The notes under the pieces are model-generated. The model saw only the letters and a list, made by a program, of their open reading frames with translations, was not told where the DNA came from and did not search any database. Positions 12,829 to 26,605 of a stretch of DNA of 64,000 nt are shown in pieces. Where the stretch lies: contig OZ193909.1 in the NCBI GenBank assembly GCA_964276515.1, positions 8,308,001-8,372,000 on the forward strand, given 5' to 3'. The DNA comes from Gordius albopunctatus (lineage: Eukaryota). Made by a program: the position numbers and the translations under genes. Every line of letters begins with the position of its first letter. The first letter of the stretch is position 1.

Positions 12829-15800
12829 TGTGTAATATATAGCGTAATTTGTAATATCAGTTTTTTATATACCGTGTGGATTAAAATATATCATTGGTTT
12901 TTGATTAAAAATCTATGTGAATTAGTATATTGGCGCGGTCGAGAAAAAAAACCTATTCTGAAAATGGAGACTGTGGGAATACCTAATTTTAAACAAGGTG
13001 ATAATATTTCAATATACATAATAACTATCACCAATTTTTTTGAGGCTAAAAATGTGCCCAAAGCTACTCGATGCAAAATAATATTGGGATACATGGGTCA
13101 AAAAAATATTGAAACTTTAATAAATTTCCTATACCCTGAAGATATATCCTTTCTTAAATATCAGGACTTAATAAAATTAATGAAAAAGGTATTCCAATAA
13201 AAATTTACAATATTCCACTCTAGATTACAATTCATGGGGTGTCTGAAAAGAAATGATGAAACTCTGATTGAGTATGTAACAATATTAAAATCATCTGCAG
13301 AAAATCGTGACTTCAAAACTAATTTAGATGAACGGCTCCGTGACCAACTCTCAAATGGGTAAAAATCTATCATTGAAAATTGATGTCAGGACAAGATGGC
13401 CTGAAGCTTTAAAGAAAGAGGATGATGTGGTAACATTTAGGGATATATACAATCTAGCTGAATCAATGGAGACACCTAATAAAGAAGTTAGCACATGACA
13501 AGATTTAAACAAAATTCAAAATTATAAAAAACCAAATCCAATGTACTCAAATCAAAAGAATAGGCAATAAATGAAACAATTTGCTACAAAGAAGGATGAA
13601 CATAAACAATCATTCATAAGAAATTGCTGTAGATGTGGTAAGTCACATGCAATTAAGCAATGTCCAGCATTTTTAAAAGAACGTTCCATATGTCATCATA
13701 GAGGACACTTTGCAAAAATGTGCAAAACCTCAAACAAATTAAACCAGATTATTAATACAATTGGAAAAATTTATGACTTAAATAATGGAACTCACCTTAA
13801 ACCATACATCCATGTAAAGATAAATCAGAAAATTTTCAAAATTTTATATGATACTGGCTCATCAGTATCCGTAATCAACAATAATATCTACAACATTTTA
13901 AATACACCTCAATTAACACCATGTCACAAGATAAAAGCTTTTGGAAATAATACAGTTCCTATATGTGGAGAAACACAAGTCTATGTAAATTTAAACAATA
14001 AAACTTTAAAATTAACAGCTATTGTAACAACTGTAGAAGAACCCATATTTGGTTTAAATTGGATGCAGGCTTTTAACCTAAAACTTCCTCATCAAGTTAA
14101 GATTAATGCTATAGAAGAAAAACCTCAAAACATAGAAGAGGAATTGGTATACCAATGTGTTCCGTGGCTGTATTAAAGATTATGAGGTAAATCTTTTTGT
14201 AAAGGAAGAAGCCAAAGCTATAGCATTTCCTGCACGAAGAATTCCTTTTCCACTAAGGAAGAAAGTTGAAGGGGAAATTAAAAGATTATTGGACGAAGAT
14301 ATAATTGAACATATTGATCCTGCAGCAACACCAATAATATGGGCAACTCCAATAGTAAATGTATTAAAATCAAATAATGCCATTAGAATCTGCGGCGATT
14401 TTCGAGTTACTATCAATCCCTTCCTAACTTTAAACAACCATCTACTTCCGACATTTGACGATTTAATTCTGAAGATCGCAGGAGGGCAGAAATATACAGT
14501 AATTGATCTTCAGATGAAGGTCGAAGAAAAGTCGCGACATTATCTCACTATCGCAACACATTTAGTTTATTATCGATATAAACGTCTTCCATTTGGACTT
14601 TCGATGGCACCAAATTTATTCCAACGTTATATGGAAATTCTATCAATATTCACGTGGTCAAAAATTTGTATTGATGAAGGATCACAAACCTCTAGAAAGA
14701 TTATTCGGAAATCATCGGGATTTACCGAAAGTGATCAATAATAGATTAATTCGGTGGGCTTTATTTTTAAATGGAAATCAATACGACATAAAATACCGAC
14801 CAGGAAAGAACAATCAATGTGCTGATGCATTGTCGAGACTGCCAGACCCAAAATACCTTGAGACGGATCAGATAAATCACGTAGGACTACTCATGTTAGA
14901 TGAATTAAAGTTAGATTACGAAACGCTAAAAACACCAATTAAACAAGATCCTTTTTGTCGTGAATTAATTTAAATGATCAACCGAGAATAGCGGTTGGAT
15001 TTAAAAAATGGCGTTTTGACATTAAAACGTACTACAATCGAAGGGAGGAACTGTCATTTGAAGAAGATGGATTACACGGTTCAACAAGAAAAATTAACCG
15101 GCAAACTGTTTGCGAATTCTGGTAGAGTTTTACACGGTGAACACAAATATGTTTTTAGTTTTTTTACCTATACGTCAAGTTTTTTAAATATTTGCTGTCA
15201 AAGTTGCCAAAAACACGATTTTAGCGTTTTTCAAACGTCAATAACTTGCAAATTAGTCGGTAAAAATTTTATTTAATAGATTTAATACGTAGAGATAGAT
15301 GAGAGGAATGTATTTACAATTTTTTTATCCTAGCACTTTTACTTTTTAAATTATATACAAAATTAATTATCCCTATCTTTTACATTGACAAATTACACCA
15401 GACTTGAGGGCGCCCTTTCTTCTCTTCAACAGTAGGAATTAAGTGCGTGTTGTTGTTTTTGTTGTTTATCTACTCTACTACTACTATTACCAAAACAAAA
15501 ACACACACTTAATTCCTAGTGTTGAAGAGAAGGGAGGGCGCCCTCAAGTCTGGTGTAATTTGTCAATGTAAAAGATAGGGATAATTAATTTTGTATATAA
15601 TTTAAAAAGTAAAAGTGCTACGATAAAAAAATGTAAATACATTCCTCTCCCCTATCTCTAAGTATTAAATCTATTAAATAAAATTTTTACCGACTAATTT
15701 GCAAGTTATTTACGTTTGAAAAACGCTAAAATCGCGTTTTTGCCAACTTTGACAAGCGAATATTTTTAAAAACTTGACGTATAGGGAAAAAACTAAAAAC

Positions 15801-16370
15801 ATATTTGTGTTCACAGTGAAAAACTCTACCAGAATCTGCAAATAGTTTGCAGGTTAATTTCACAAGTCCATTATTTGTTGACCACTGTTATTATTGCGTG
15901 GCAATCGGTTAATAATACCGAGGAACTTACAAAAGTTGGTTTTAAAAATATTACAACAAGGACACCCCTGTATTACAGGAATGCCTAATTTAACCCAATA
16001 TTATGTTTGGTGCCCGGACGGAATGGACAAGAGTATTGATTTGTTTGTAAAGGAATGTGACGGTTGTCAAGAAGGCCGACAAGCCCAACAAGAAGTTCCC
16101 TTATATTCTGGGTCCGTACCTGACCGTCCTTAGGATCGAGTCCACATAGATATTGCCGGATCTTTCGAAGGAAATTATTGATTGGTTTTAATTGATGCAT
16201 TATCAAAATGGGTGGAGGTAGCCACACTATCGTCGATTAAAGGACCACAAATTGTGAGGAAATTACGAAATTGGTTTTGCAGGTTCGGTATTCCCTTGCA
16301 AATAGTATCAGATAATGGACCACAATTTGTCGTTGAAGAATTCACAAAATTTTGTGACAACAACAACTTT
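12829..16370 (+). mobile_element. Ty3/Gypsy LTR retrotransposon remnant (gag, protease, partial RT, RNase H, integrase)
   Basis: PBS-like TGGCGCGGTCG at 12931; Cys/His knuckles; LYDTGSSVS protease; RICGDFR RT; DHKPL..RW..YRPGKNNQCADALSRLP; integrase HxxxCxxC and IVSDNGPQF. The RT C-half is deleted near 14635 and the 3' end is missing. Confidence 0.9.
15075..15887. mobile_element. Foldback non-autonomous DNA transposon (Chapaev3/CMC-like by termini)
   Basis: ~390-bp inverted arms; CAC/CAG..TCAACAA termini; TTA duplicated on both sides. Removing it restores the Gypsy frame ELSFEEDGLLRGNRLIIP. Confidence 0.85.
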
Positions 16371-18339
16371 ACTATTTTTCAATCTACCATTGCCTTTCCT
16401 AAACTTTGGAGGCATTTTAATAGACCTCAATTTATTTTCAATACCTAAAAAGTTTACAACAGTTTAAACTTAATTACTTTTTAAAAAGGCTGTTGAGAAT
16501 TTTAAATCTTGTTATTATATCTTAACCATATTCATCTTTGTCTAATGATAAGGATGTTGCTGTATAAAAATTGGTGAAAATTTTGTTTTCATATTCTGCC
16601 TTAGCTTTCAGTAAATCGAAATATGATACAAAATAATGCCCAAAAGTTTCTTTCTATAGCGATATAATACTTTTAAAAAAATTTTACTTACCATCTTAAT
16701 ACAATTGAATGACCCTCGGCGATTGAAATCAAAAAAAATTGCGCTATTTATTTGTAAACAACGATATTATAATACCGAACATCTGTTGATCGGAAAATGG
16801 TAATTATAAGAAACGCATTTTTGGAAATGTGCTCATACTAAAATTAATGGTAGGTGTAGCCATCCCCAGAAGTACCTCCATTGTGTAAGCTCCCTTTTTT
16901 CATTCATACACCCCCATGTCAGAACCGTATTTTTTAGCTTGATCTAACTATAAAAATGAAATAAATATCTATAATTACATGATTATAAAATTAAATAAAT
17001 CTTATTTTCTACTTGCTTGCATTATACAATTTTTTTTCAGAACATCACATAATGACGATTTGTTAATCAGCGGCCAGAATTAAGTATATCGCGAATACCG
17101 CTTGCGTTCTTTATAAAAGTAAAATGTTTTCAAGTGAATATATTTCGCGGAAATATAGGCTACCTCTACCTGAATCAAAAAAATATGATGGATGTGTAAT
17201 GTGCTCTGTCCTAGTTAATTTGAGTTATCAAAATCACAATGCGAAGGTAATTTATTAGCGTATAATAACAGTTGTACGGAGAGAGGAAAGTGTAATAATT
17301 AGAGGAGGGGAGAATGTAATAATGGTGCAAGAAGAGGGAAAGATAAGAGCATAGGTGTCCGAATAAGGTTAAGGCACCATTAAACTAACCTAAGCATTCT
17401 CCGAATTTTCCATTAATAGCACACGGTTTATATTAATTTTATTACAATTTTTACTTATAGGAAGTCTGAGATTAGCTATAGACCCAGGATTAGATGTCTC
17501 TATGGGCCCGGCTTGTTCATACCGGGTTAGGGTTAAAGAGCTGAATAAAAAATCCCGGCAGGGTATGGCCCTTGATTAGTAAAATAATTCGACTTTTTTT
17601 GGCCTCGTATCAAAATTATGACAAAGAATATAAATCCTTAAATAGTACTAAAGAGGATAAGAAAAAATATAGTAGACACTTTTTACATGATAAAATAAAT
17701 ATAAATTCAAAGTAGATTAAGTATTGTTTGCTATTATCTTTATTTTTGTAAACTTAGGTCACTTTTTAAAAGTTTACATATTAGCAATATAGTTTATTAG
17801 GGTAATTCAGTGATAATAATGTTTAAATATTACCTAACATTGGCTGTTATAGTTAATTGAATTTAACAGAATCTTCAAAACAAAATGTTTTAATGACTGC
17901 AAGTAAAATGTAAATCACTTTCGATTTTTTCCATATTTTAAGAAATCTGACAACACTATAATTCAATTGCGTAAGCTAAAAAAGTATACGTTAATCAAAA
18001 ATAGTTATAGTTCGATATATTTTAAAAATGTATTACCTATATTAAAGAGAAATATGAATTTGTACAATGCAACATTTGTTGTGACTTATAGATAAGGGCG
18101 TAACCAGGATTATCTGAAGGGGGAGGGGGTTTTCACGTGAAAATTTTTATAAAAGATACTATTAAACAAAAATTTATTAAAATTATATACAGTAATTGCG
18201 GAGGCAGGACTACTTAATTAAAGGGGGGGGGGGGGGGTGGTATAATTTTGTGTCAAAAATTTCGGCTGAACAAAAATCAAATTATATGAATTCAATATCT
18301 ATAGATTTTTGTAAAAAATGCATTAAATTTCTTTGGGGA

Positions 18340-19080
18340 TGCAAATTGCAAAGAGCCCCTTCCACCTTTTCTGTTTGTGCTAATTAGGGCCATTATTTTA
18401 ATTAAACACATGTACGGGCCCGTTTTGGCTTAATTTCCCCACTAATACCAAAAATTGTCCCGTCCCGGGCCTGTCAAAATAAAATTAAAAGCCCGACTTG
18501 GCCCCACTAATATTTTGCAGGGCACAGGCCCAGCCTACACCCTTCCCAAAAAATCTTATATATTCTGCGGCTTTTTAATCATTTTCTGTCAAAACACTAA
18601 GAATTTTTAATATTAATCATGTTAAAAAATCAGACTTATACAGGCTTTTGTTTCTCCCAACAAGCAACGCGGTTTGCTTAAAATCATTTATGATAAGTGA
18701 AAATCTATGCAAGGTTAATTTTATATAATTAACCTATTTTTGTTAAGTTTCACGATCCCCTTATTAAAAAATATAAATTCTTGGAATTCACGTATTTTAA
18801 ATCTCAAGTTATAGAAAATAATAACGAACAAATATTAATATTGATTAAATTATATTGTAAAGTTTATTCATATAATAAAATTTTATAAACATCTTTAAAA
18901 AACACCACATTTTATATTAAAATAAAATAAAAACGTTAGTGAAATAATTATGGTGGTCAGAGCCGCTTTACTTATAGCTAGGCCCATCCCAAGGCCGTTT
19001 TATTACCATAACGCTAGTCCAAGCACGGCCCGCAATGTTTAACAAAATTCCCATCTATGCCCGGCTTTGGCAGTACCAGC
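18340..19080 (+). mobile_element. Old non-autonomous element with GGGCC subterminal repeats (probably hAT)
   Basis: Colinear similarity to the reverse complement of 53415-54365 (e.g. TTTTCTGTTTGTGCTAA.TAGGGCCATT). Confidence 0.6.
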
Positions 19081-20110
19081 TGTATTTGTTTTAAATAATA
19101 AAGAATTATTGATTTAACTATAATGAATTAATAATTTATTTTTTCCTATTTTGCAGTTACAAATTATTCCGAATCGTGATAATAATACAAATTAAGGCAA
19201 AATCCTTATAATACTGGAGAAAAATGTTAGTTCGTGGTATACAAATTATAATAATGGTGAATTCGGTATATCTTCACGTTTTTAATCATCATGTGCAGAT
19301 TTTTTGAAGCCGTCACGATGTTTATTTAATACAATCACGCGCTATCGTATCTGCGAACGAGAACAAAGCAATAAAATACAAAGAGAGCTATGATAGAAAT
19401 AGAAATAGCACAGACCTAAAAACGAGAGTTTAATTAGAGAGTAAAATAAAACAAGGGAGGATATAAAATGAAGAGTAACAACTGGCACGTGGGATGCCAC
19501 AATTAAGTTAACTATACCATGATCATTAAAAAGTAAACTATGAGGAATACTAATTTTTGGTTGAATTTTCACATCGATTCATACTGTAGAATCAGCAAGC
19601 ACAATTTATAAAGAAAAAAGATTTTTCAGTGTGTTTAAAAATAGAGCATGTATGAATGAAATGTGCAAAAGACTTTTTAAAATTATCATTTACATTTATT
19701 TGTATATTATTATACTATTCTTTAGTAGTATAATACCCGCAATTTCTATAAACAAGAAATTTAATCTAAGTTTAAATAATCATGTTAATGTTACATACTT
19801 AGAAAAATAAAATTTTTGATTACCTTAATAATTAAAATTTAGTTTGTATTAGTATCTTCCTCGTTTATTTTAGAGGTTAAGATCGATTTTAGAAAAAAAA
19901 TTAATAATTAAATTTCTTCTTATCCCCTGCCCACCCCTAGCTACCCCCATGCTAGTAACTTTTTTTATTAGATCTGCTAATTAATTTACATTTGCTTGTT
20001 GCTTGATTTCAGTTTTAACGTCGTCTCTTAAGCATAATAAGAGAGCTCACTGTTACGGTAATTAAGCAACCTAACATCTGGAAATAGGTTAAAAACATAG
20101 ACTAATAAAA

Positions 20111-20580
20111 CCATAGACTGCCGAACAGCTGATTTTTACTATTAAAATTATTCAGACACCAAAATAGCTGCCATATTGAAGGAAAAATTCGACAACAGGT
20201 ATATTTATACTTCTCCACGATAAAATATTGAAGAAATTAAATAAGTCTATTAGCTTAATTTATAAATTTAAAAAAAAATTAGTAAATTAGAATAATAAAT
20301 TATGATGGATTCTATTGTTTGATTGCAATTTCCCACAAAATGGCGCTTCAGTCTATGGTCCATAGACTGCCGAACAGCTGATGGTTTTTTAGCAAGTATA
20401 GAAACCGCCATTCGGTGGGAAATTGTAACCAAATAATAGAAGTTAAGATGATTTACTGTTTGGTTTTACTTATTTTTTTAAATTTATAAATTAAGTTAAT
20501 AGTCTTATTTATTTTCTTAAATATTATATGGTGGAAAATTACATATATACTAGTGATTGAGCTTTTCCTTCAAGATATAT
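20111..20580. repeat. CCATAGACTG-terminated MITE followed by an inverted diverged copy
   Basis: CCATAGACTG...CAGTCTATGG bounds 20111-20357; CCATAGACTGCCGAACAGCTGAT is repeated at 20359; 20400-20580 is an imperfect reverse complement of 20172-20350. Confidence 0.65.
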
Positions 20581-20961
20581 AATAGTGTCTTTCTGATATA
20601 ATAGTCTATTGTAGTCTTGTAAAAACACCTTGGTTTTGTTTAGTCGACCTTTGGCTTAACTAAGACTAACGGTCGATTTTGGCCTGTTTTTTACCTTTTG
20701 ACTAAGCCTAGTGGTCGACTAAGAAAAATATAGCAAAAAATCTTTGGTTTGTTTATTTGAATAATTTGAGCTCAATTTTAAATGTAACTAACTGACATTT
20801 ATTGTAACTTACGCGCATCTTTCAGTTACTCTTTTTGGTTTATTTTCAAAATCCTAAATTTCAAATTACCAAGTATCCACTGCTCACCATGATCTAATCG
20901 CCACTGATCACCACTCATACATACCGACATTCACAATATTTTTATTTCATTTCTGTCAATC

Positions 20962-22928
20962 ATGTTAACGCAAAGAAAAAATCAACTCTACTATTATGAC
21001 AATTTCTACTATACAAAATACAAGGAAGGGAAAAATTCTCAAATATACCATAGGTGCCGCAATACTAAATGTTCGGGCAGAGCTATAAAAGATGGAAATA
21101 CATATTTTATTACTAAAGAGCATTCAAATATTCCACACACAAGTATAAATTGGCATTAGTATTTTTATATATTTATCAGGCCAAAGACAACAGAACCCTA
21201 ATTTATCTTCCACTTCAAGCATTTTAAATATCCAAGGTAATTTTATGTGTTAATTTTATAAAGTTTAAATATTTTTATAGTTCTTAATATTGAAGGATTT
21301 CGTTCTAGGTTGAATAGTAGTAGGCAACGTTTGACCTCAAGTATCTCAAGTAATTTAATGTACTAATTTCATATTTTTATTCAGTAGTTACTGGAAACTA
21401 TTCAATGGCCCCTTATATTTCCACCAATACTAACAGTCAATGTAATTCTGATAACTATTCAACGATGACCCTCTATAATTCCACCAATACTAACAGTCAA
21501 TGTAATTTTGTTTATCTTTTAATGATCAAGAACACTTTTAAAGGTTTATTAAATGATGCACATATTCTGTTGGATGCTTGTCATAGTTTGCAAGCAACAG
21601 GCCCTTGTAACTTATTATATATTTTATATCTATATAATTTTTTTATTAGCAATGAGATTTTTAGTATCTCAAAAAATGGGGGTCATTCTGTATCTATATG
21701 GGTATCTATATACAAAACAACATGTTTTTTACAACAAAACATACTATAAGTGCCGATCACAAACTTGGAAAGGAAAACTCAGGTGACTGAGTCTTACCAT
21801 GTCACAAATAATCATAATCATGAGCCTCCTCGTGGCGATTATGAGTTTCTAGTCACGATCAATATGTTAAAAAGTGAAGTTATGAATAACCCAAAAGAGA
21901 AAATTTCAGCCATATATCACCGGGTAATCGCTCAAAGATTCCGTGATGTGCCAGACATCAGAAATTATCCAAAAGCAAATTGCACAACCATCGTAATAAA
22001 CTCTTGGTCTTTGGTACCCCTGGGAATTTAAAAATCCTATGTGAAGCACTCTTTAAACAAGTATATATATTTAAATGAATAATTATTAATTTTATCGCCA
22101 TAGGTCTATACAGTTCATTGCTATTATAAAGAGCATATGGTGCCGGTAATATTTGCACTATTACCGGACAAGTCCCAAGCAACCTAAAATTTACTTTTTG
22201 AAATTATTAAGGATGTTTGCTCCGAACATCATTTATTATTGCTCCCTCAATATGTTCAAGTAGATTTTGAGCAAGCTAGTATAAGGGCTTTGAATGATTT
22301 ATTCCCAAACGCTGTTGTGAAGGGTATATTTACAACTTTTTTTCCTAATTTAAATTTAAAGGATGTTTATTTCATTTCTTCCAGGCCATATTCAGGAAGA
22401 TGAGGTCATTGGGATTAACGGATTTGTATACGAAAGGTATTGGCTCTTCCATTTTTGGCGCCAGAACACGTCGTTGTGGTGTATAATGAGTGTGTAAGGC
22501 AAAATTCAATGACCTCAGAGACATCTGAATGGTTCGAATATATAAAGAATACATGGGTAGGCCCCAGTGCCATGTTTTCCTATGGCATGTGGGAGAGGCT
22601 TGAGGCCGAAGGCCCTCGGACAAATAATCATTTGGAGGGCTATCACCATGGATTAAAATGTCTAATTGGAATAGCCCATCCAGTGATATACTCATTTATC
22701 GAAAGTCTTTTAGCCGTACAAGAAATTAACGATATCAATATTGTACATATTAATCAAGGCAAACAAATTTTTTATAATAATAAAAAATATCAAACGTTAA
22801 ATTTTCACATTAATCGCTTAATTAATAACTATAAAAATAATATAAATGTTATAGATATTTTTTCTTATACCGATAATGTCGCGAATTATTTACACCTTCA
22901 ATCGCACGAAGAACCATGTGTTAATTAA
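20962..22928 (+). pseudogene. Mutator-like (MULE) transposase with two FLYWCH-like domains, spliced and decayed
   Basis: Two Y..C..C..H.H modules; FKQVYTVH..VPVIFALL; VDFEQASIRA..KGCLFHFFQ; RTNNHLEGYH. Short GT-AG introns, plus stops and frameshifts. Confidence 0.85.
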
Positions 22929-24226
22929 TATAATAAATTTTTACTATGTTCTTTATTAACCACTTCAGACTTAATTACTATCTATACTTGAATACAGAAA
23001 AATAGATCCTTAAAAATAATCGTTTGGCTTAGCCCCCATCCCTCTTTAACCCTTGCTAGTATTCGTGGCGTACCACAAACCACACAATAATTATAAATTT
23101 GGGTAATAAAGCGCTAAAAACGGAATAATATAGCTGAAATAGTTAAATAAAATATCTATTGTCATGATTTCTGTAGTTTGTATTGAATGGAACCATCAAA
23201 TCTAAACCTAATTGTGCCTTATCAACCTTATTCCGATAACATCGCTGGTTATTTACATTTAGAATCGCATGATCAACTGTGTCAAAATTGATTTTATTAT
23301 TTCGAAATAACACTTTTGTCTTAAATTATTAGTAAACATTTAAGTTCCTGCAATATATATAGTTAAATTAGGATTAGAATTTGTATGGCTGTCTCAGGTT
23401 TAGTTTTCCAGTAATATCAATTTGTAAATCTGATATATTAATGTATTTTAAAAAGTGTTTTGCAGCAATTTTTATACTATACAATATAAACCTGTTTAGG
23501 GTTTTGCCCCCATCCCTCTTTAAATAAAACTTAAAACATTTAGTTCTTACAAGTAAAAATATAGCAATGACATTCAATTTTCTATGGCATTATGCTTAAT
23601 TAGAAAGCGTTAATCATTAGCAATAACATACTTTTAATCCTTCATAACAGTATAATATAACATTCATAATTTTTTAATTCATTAGCATTAAAATTTTTAT
23701 CCCGTACCAACAATATATCAAAAGTTTGACTAAATTACGCTAATGTTTGCAATTTTTTGTTGCTAATGTACTAATGCGATTTATTTTAGTATACCTATCA
23801 CATTATCTCTCAAATTTATTAAACGCCACAGTACATATGAAAATTTAAAGCAATTTTTTACTTAATATTACATTCAGATATAAACATTTGCTATATTTTA
23901 ACCCTTACATTAAAAGGCTTTAACACCCTTTTAAAATTTAGGAGTGGAACAAAATAACCTACTATTACTTCATAAACTATAGCATGATATGATATCGTAT
24001 TATTATGAACTTGTTCTGTGCAATTTTTGAATACAATGGTCTACATAACAATTTTTTATATTCATTTAGCTAATATAACAATAAAAATATATCTATATCT
24101 TTAAAATAGTTTTATTCTTTATACTAAATAAAATCACATGATATTTTTAAATTTTAATGTGATACATACATTTACTTGGTATTTTGTAACTTGGTATTTT
24201 GAAGTTGATTCACTATTTTTTGTAAT

Positions 24227-25771
24227 ATGGCTTTATGGGTTGACAAATACAGACCAAAAAATTTTTATGACCTAGATTACCAAAAAGACAAAGCAGAAAA
24301 CTTAATATCTCTTGTAAAATTTGTAATTAATATTGGCATAATAAATTTTTTATCAGATTAATTCTGATGATTTTCCACATTTGCTAATTCATGGGCCATC
24401 TGGTGCTGGAAAAAAAACAAGAATATCATGTTTGCTCAGAGAGCTATATGGTCAAAGCGTCGACAAATTGAAATTAGAACAATTTCCATTTATAACTTTA
24501 TCAAAGAAAAAATTAGAAATAGATATTTTATCTAGTAATTATCACATTGAATGTAATCCCAGGTATTTTAAAAAATAATTAACCCTATTTAATTAGTGAA
24601 GTAGGTATATATGATAAAATTGTGATTCAAGAATTAGTAAAATTGACTGCTGAAACTCAACAATTAGACACTGCAAAACAAAAGAAATTCAAAGGTTTTT
24701 GTTATATTAAACATCTATAGTGAAATATGTGTAAAAGTATAACATAACCAAAATTATTTTTATAAGTCAAATACAACCTTACACCTCTAACCGCAATGTT
24801 TAAAAACTGTTACTTTTTTATTTGTAGAATATACATAATCACTTAATGTATAAAGATTTTTATGCCATAATAATTGTGGAATACATTTTGAATCTTGTAT
24901 TTAATTTATTATATCTTCAGTTATAGTCCTCAATGGAATCAACAAATGCACAAAAGAAGCTCAGTATGCATTGAGAAGAACTATGGAGAAATATGTCACA
25001 ACATGTAGGATGATTCTTTGTACAACAACACTTTGTAAGGTTACTCCTGCAATACAAAGCAGGTGCCTTTGCATTAGGGTATCTTCCCCAAATATCAATG
25101 AAGTAATGTCATATTTATATAATTGTGTTTTTATTTTATAACAAAAACTATAAAAATGACTATATCATAGATCACCAATGTTTTACAAAAAACAGCTGAA
25201 CATGAAAATATCATATTACCACTTCCCCTAGCAACACAAATAGCTGAAAGATGTCAAGGTAATCTCAGAAGGGCAATTCTTATGCTTGAAACGTGCAAAG
25301 TGCAGAAGTATAAAACATTACATATATTCTAATGAATTTAAGGTATCCCTTTGTTACTAACCAAAAAATACAATCACTTGATTGGGAATTATATATTGAA
25401 GAAACAGGCAAAGCTATAATTTTAGAGCAGAGTCCAAAAAAGTATCTTAATTCTTTTATATATATCTTATATGCTTTTTATTCTTAGGTTGTTAGAAGTT
25501 AGAGAACGTCTTTATGAGCTACTAGTTCATTGCATCCCCCCAGAGCTAATAATTAAAGTACATAATTACCATAATAACTTACATAGTTTTAAAGGGCCTT
25601 TTAAAGTTTTTATTGGAAAAATGTAATTCTCATTTGAAAATTGAGATTATCAAAATTGCTTCATTTTATGAACACAGATTGCAAAAAGGCAACAAAGCTA
25701 TATTTCATTTGGAAGCTTTTGTGGCTAAATTTATGAGTTTGTACAAAAAATCATTAGATGTTGAAATGTAG
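24227..25771 (+). CDS. RFC3: Replication factor C subunit 3 (RFC38, yeast Rfc5 orthologue), 8 exons
   Basis: MALWVDKYRP, GPSGAGKKT, AQYALRRTMEKY, SRC, HLEAFVAKFM. Exons 24227-24313, 24357-24562, 24597-24694, 24921-25102, 25171-25307, 25343-25441, 25488-25557, 25595-25771; all introns GT-AG with the frame preserved. Confidence 0.97.
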
Positions 25772-25944
25772 TAGCTCCTTTTTCAAATTGATCTGTTTTG
25801 TATGTATTTATACTAATAAATTATATTGGTTGTAAAAAGTTGATAAGTGTTATCTTAAGTGCTAAAATTTTGACACTTATCTTAGAATTTCTAAATTTTC
25901 TAATTTATTTTTACACATCTTTCGTTGTTAACTTAATTTCGAAA

Positions 25945-26190
25945 CTATTATTCCTTCTTTATCAATTATTGGGTCCCACATTGGTGGGGTTTGTTTTGAT
26001 AAGTTTCTTCCATCTTGACCAGGTGAGTGCCATGTCTTAACTAATCTCTTTAGTTTTCATAACTTTATTGTAGCCCTTTCCATGTGACACGGGGTCGTCC
26101 TCTTCCTCTCTTCCCCGGTACCTCCTCCATCCTTAGACTAGATAGACTGCTCATCCCCTCTGTAAAAGTGTTGCCTTGTTAACCGCCATT
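25945..26190 (-). mobile_element. 3' end fragment of an RTE LINE
   Basis: Minus strand encodes GKRGRGRPRVTW, the RTE C-terminal motif, followed by a decayed purine-rich tail. Confidence 0.6.
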
Positions 26191-26605
26191 TTAATAAGTG
26201 AAATGGTGAGATTGTTATACTGCTAGAGAATGGTAATCACATATACCCTCTATTAACATATGAAATTTATTATATATTTTTATGATTCTACAACTGAAAT
26301 TGTAATATATAATTAAAACAAACTATTAATTGCTATGCAATTTATGGGCTCGTTTTTTGTTGTCGGTCCGTCGTCCACCAAGTTATTTACACCAGCTTCC
26401 CGACTTGCAGGTTGGGTATCGAGACCCGGAGAGGACAAAAATTTTTTATTTTTTTTTAAATTAAATTAATATTTTGTTCTTGTTAATACCATTGATAATA
26501 TGACTTTTTGACCGTCTGCAGGCTACTGACCAATGAAAAAATGACCACTGGCCAAATAAATCGAAATTTTTAATTTTTCGTTTTTGAATAGTTTAACATT
26601 GATAA

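Noticed and set aside
19342..19640. GPCR-like hydrophobic ORF remnant
   Set aside because: Only vague TM-like stretches broken by stops; T-rich DNA yields hydrophobic translations by chance.
17354..23242. Possible TIR pair delimiting a large MULE element
   Set aside because: The similarity (GAATAAGGTT..AAGGCAC) is short and gapped, with no TSD, and the left match is far from the transposase.
24563..24640. RFC3 intron 2 (and RPL18 intron 3) resembling the following exon
   Set aside because: The RFC3 offset (41-42 nt) differs from the intron length (34 nt), and these positions appear to be ancient. Treated as chance similarity and as a caution for the intron-duplication hypothesis.
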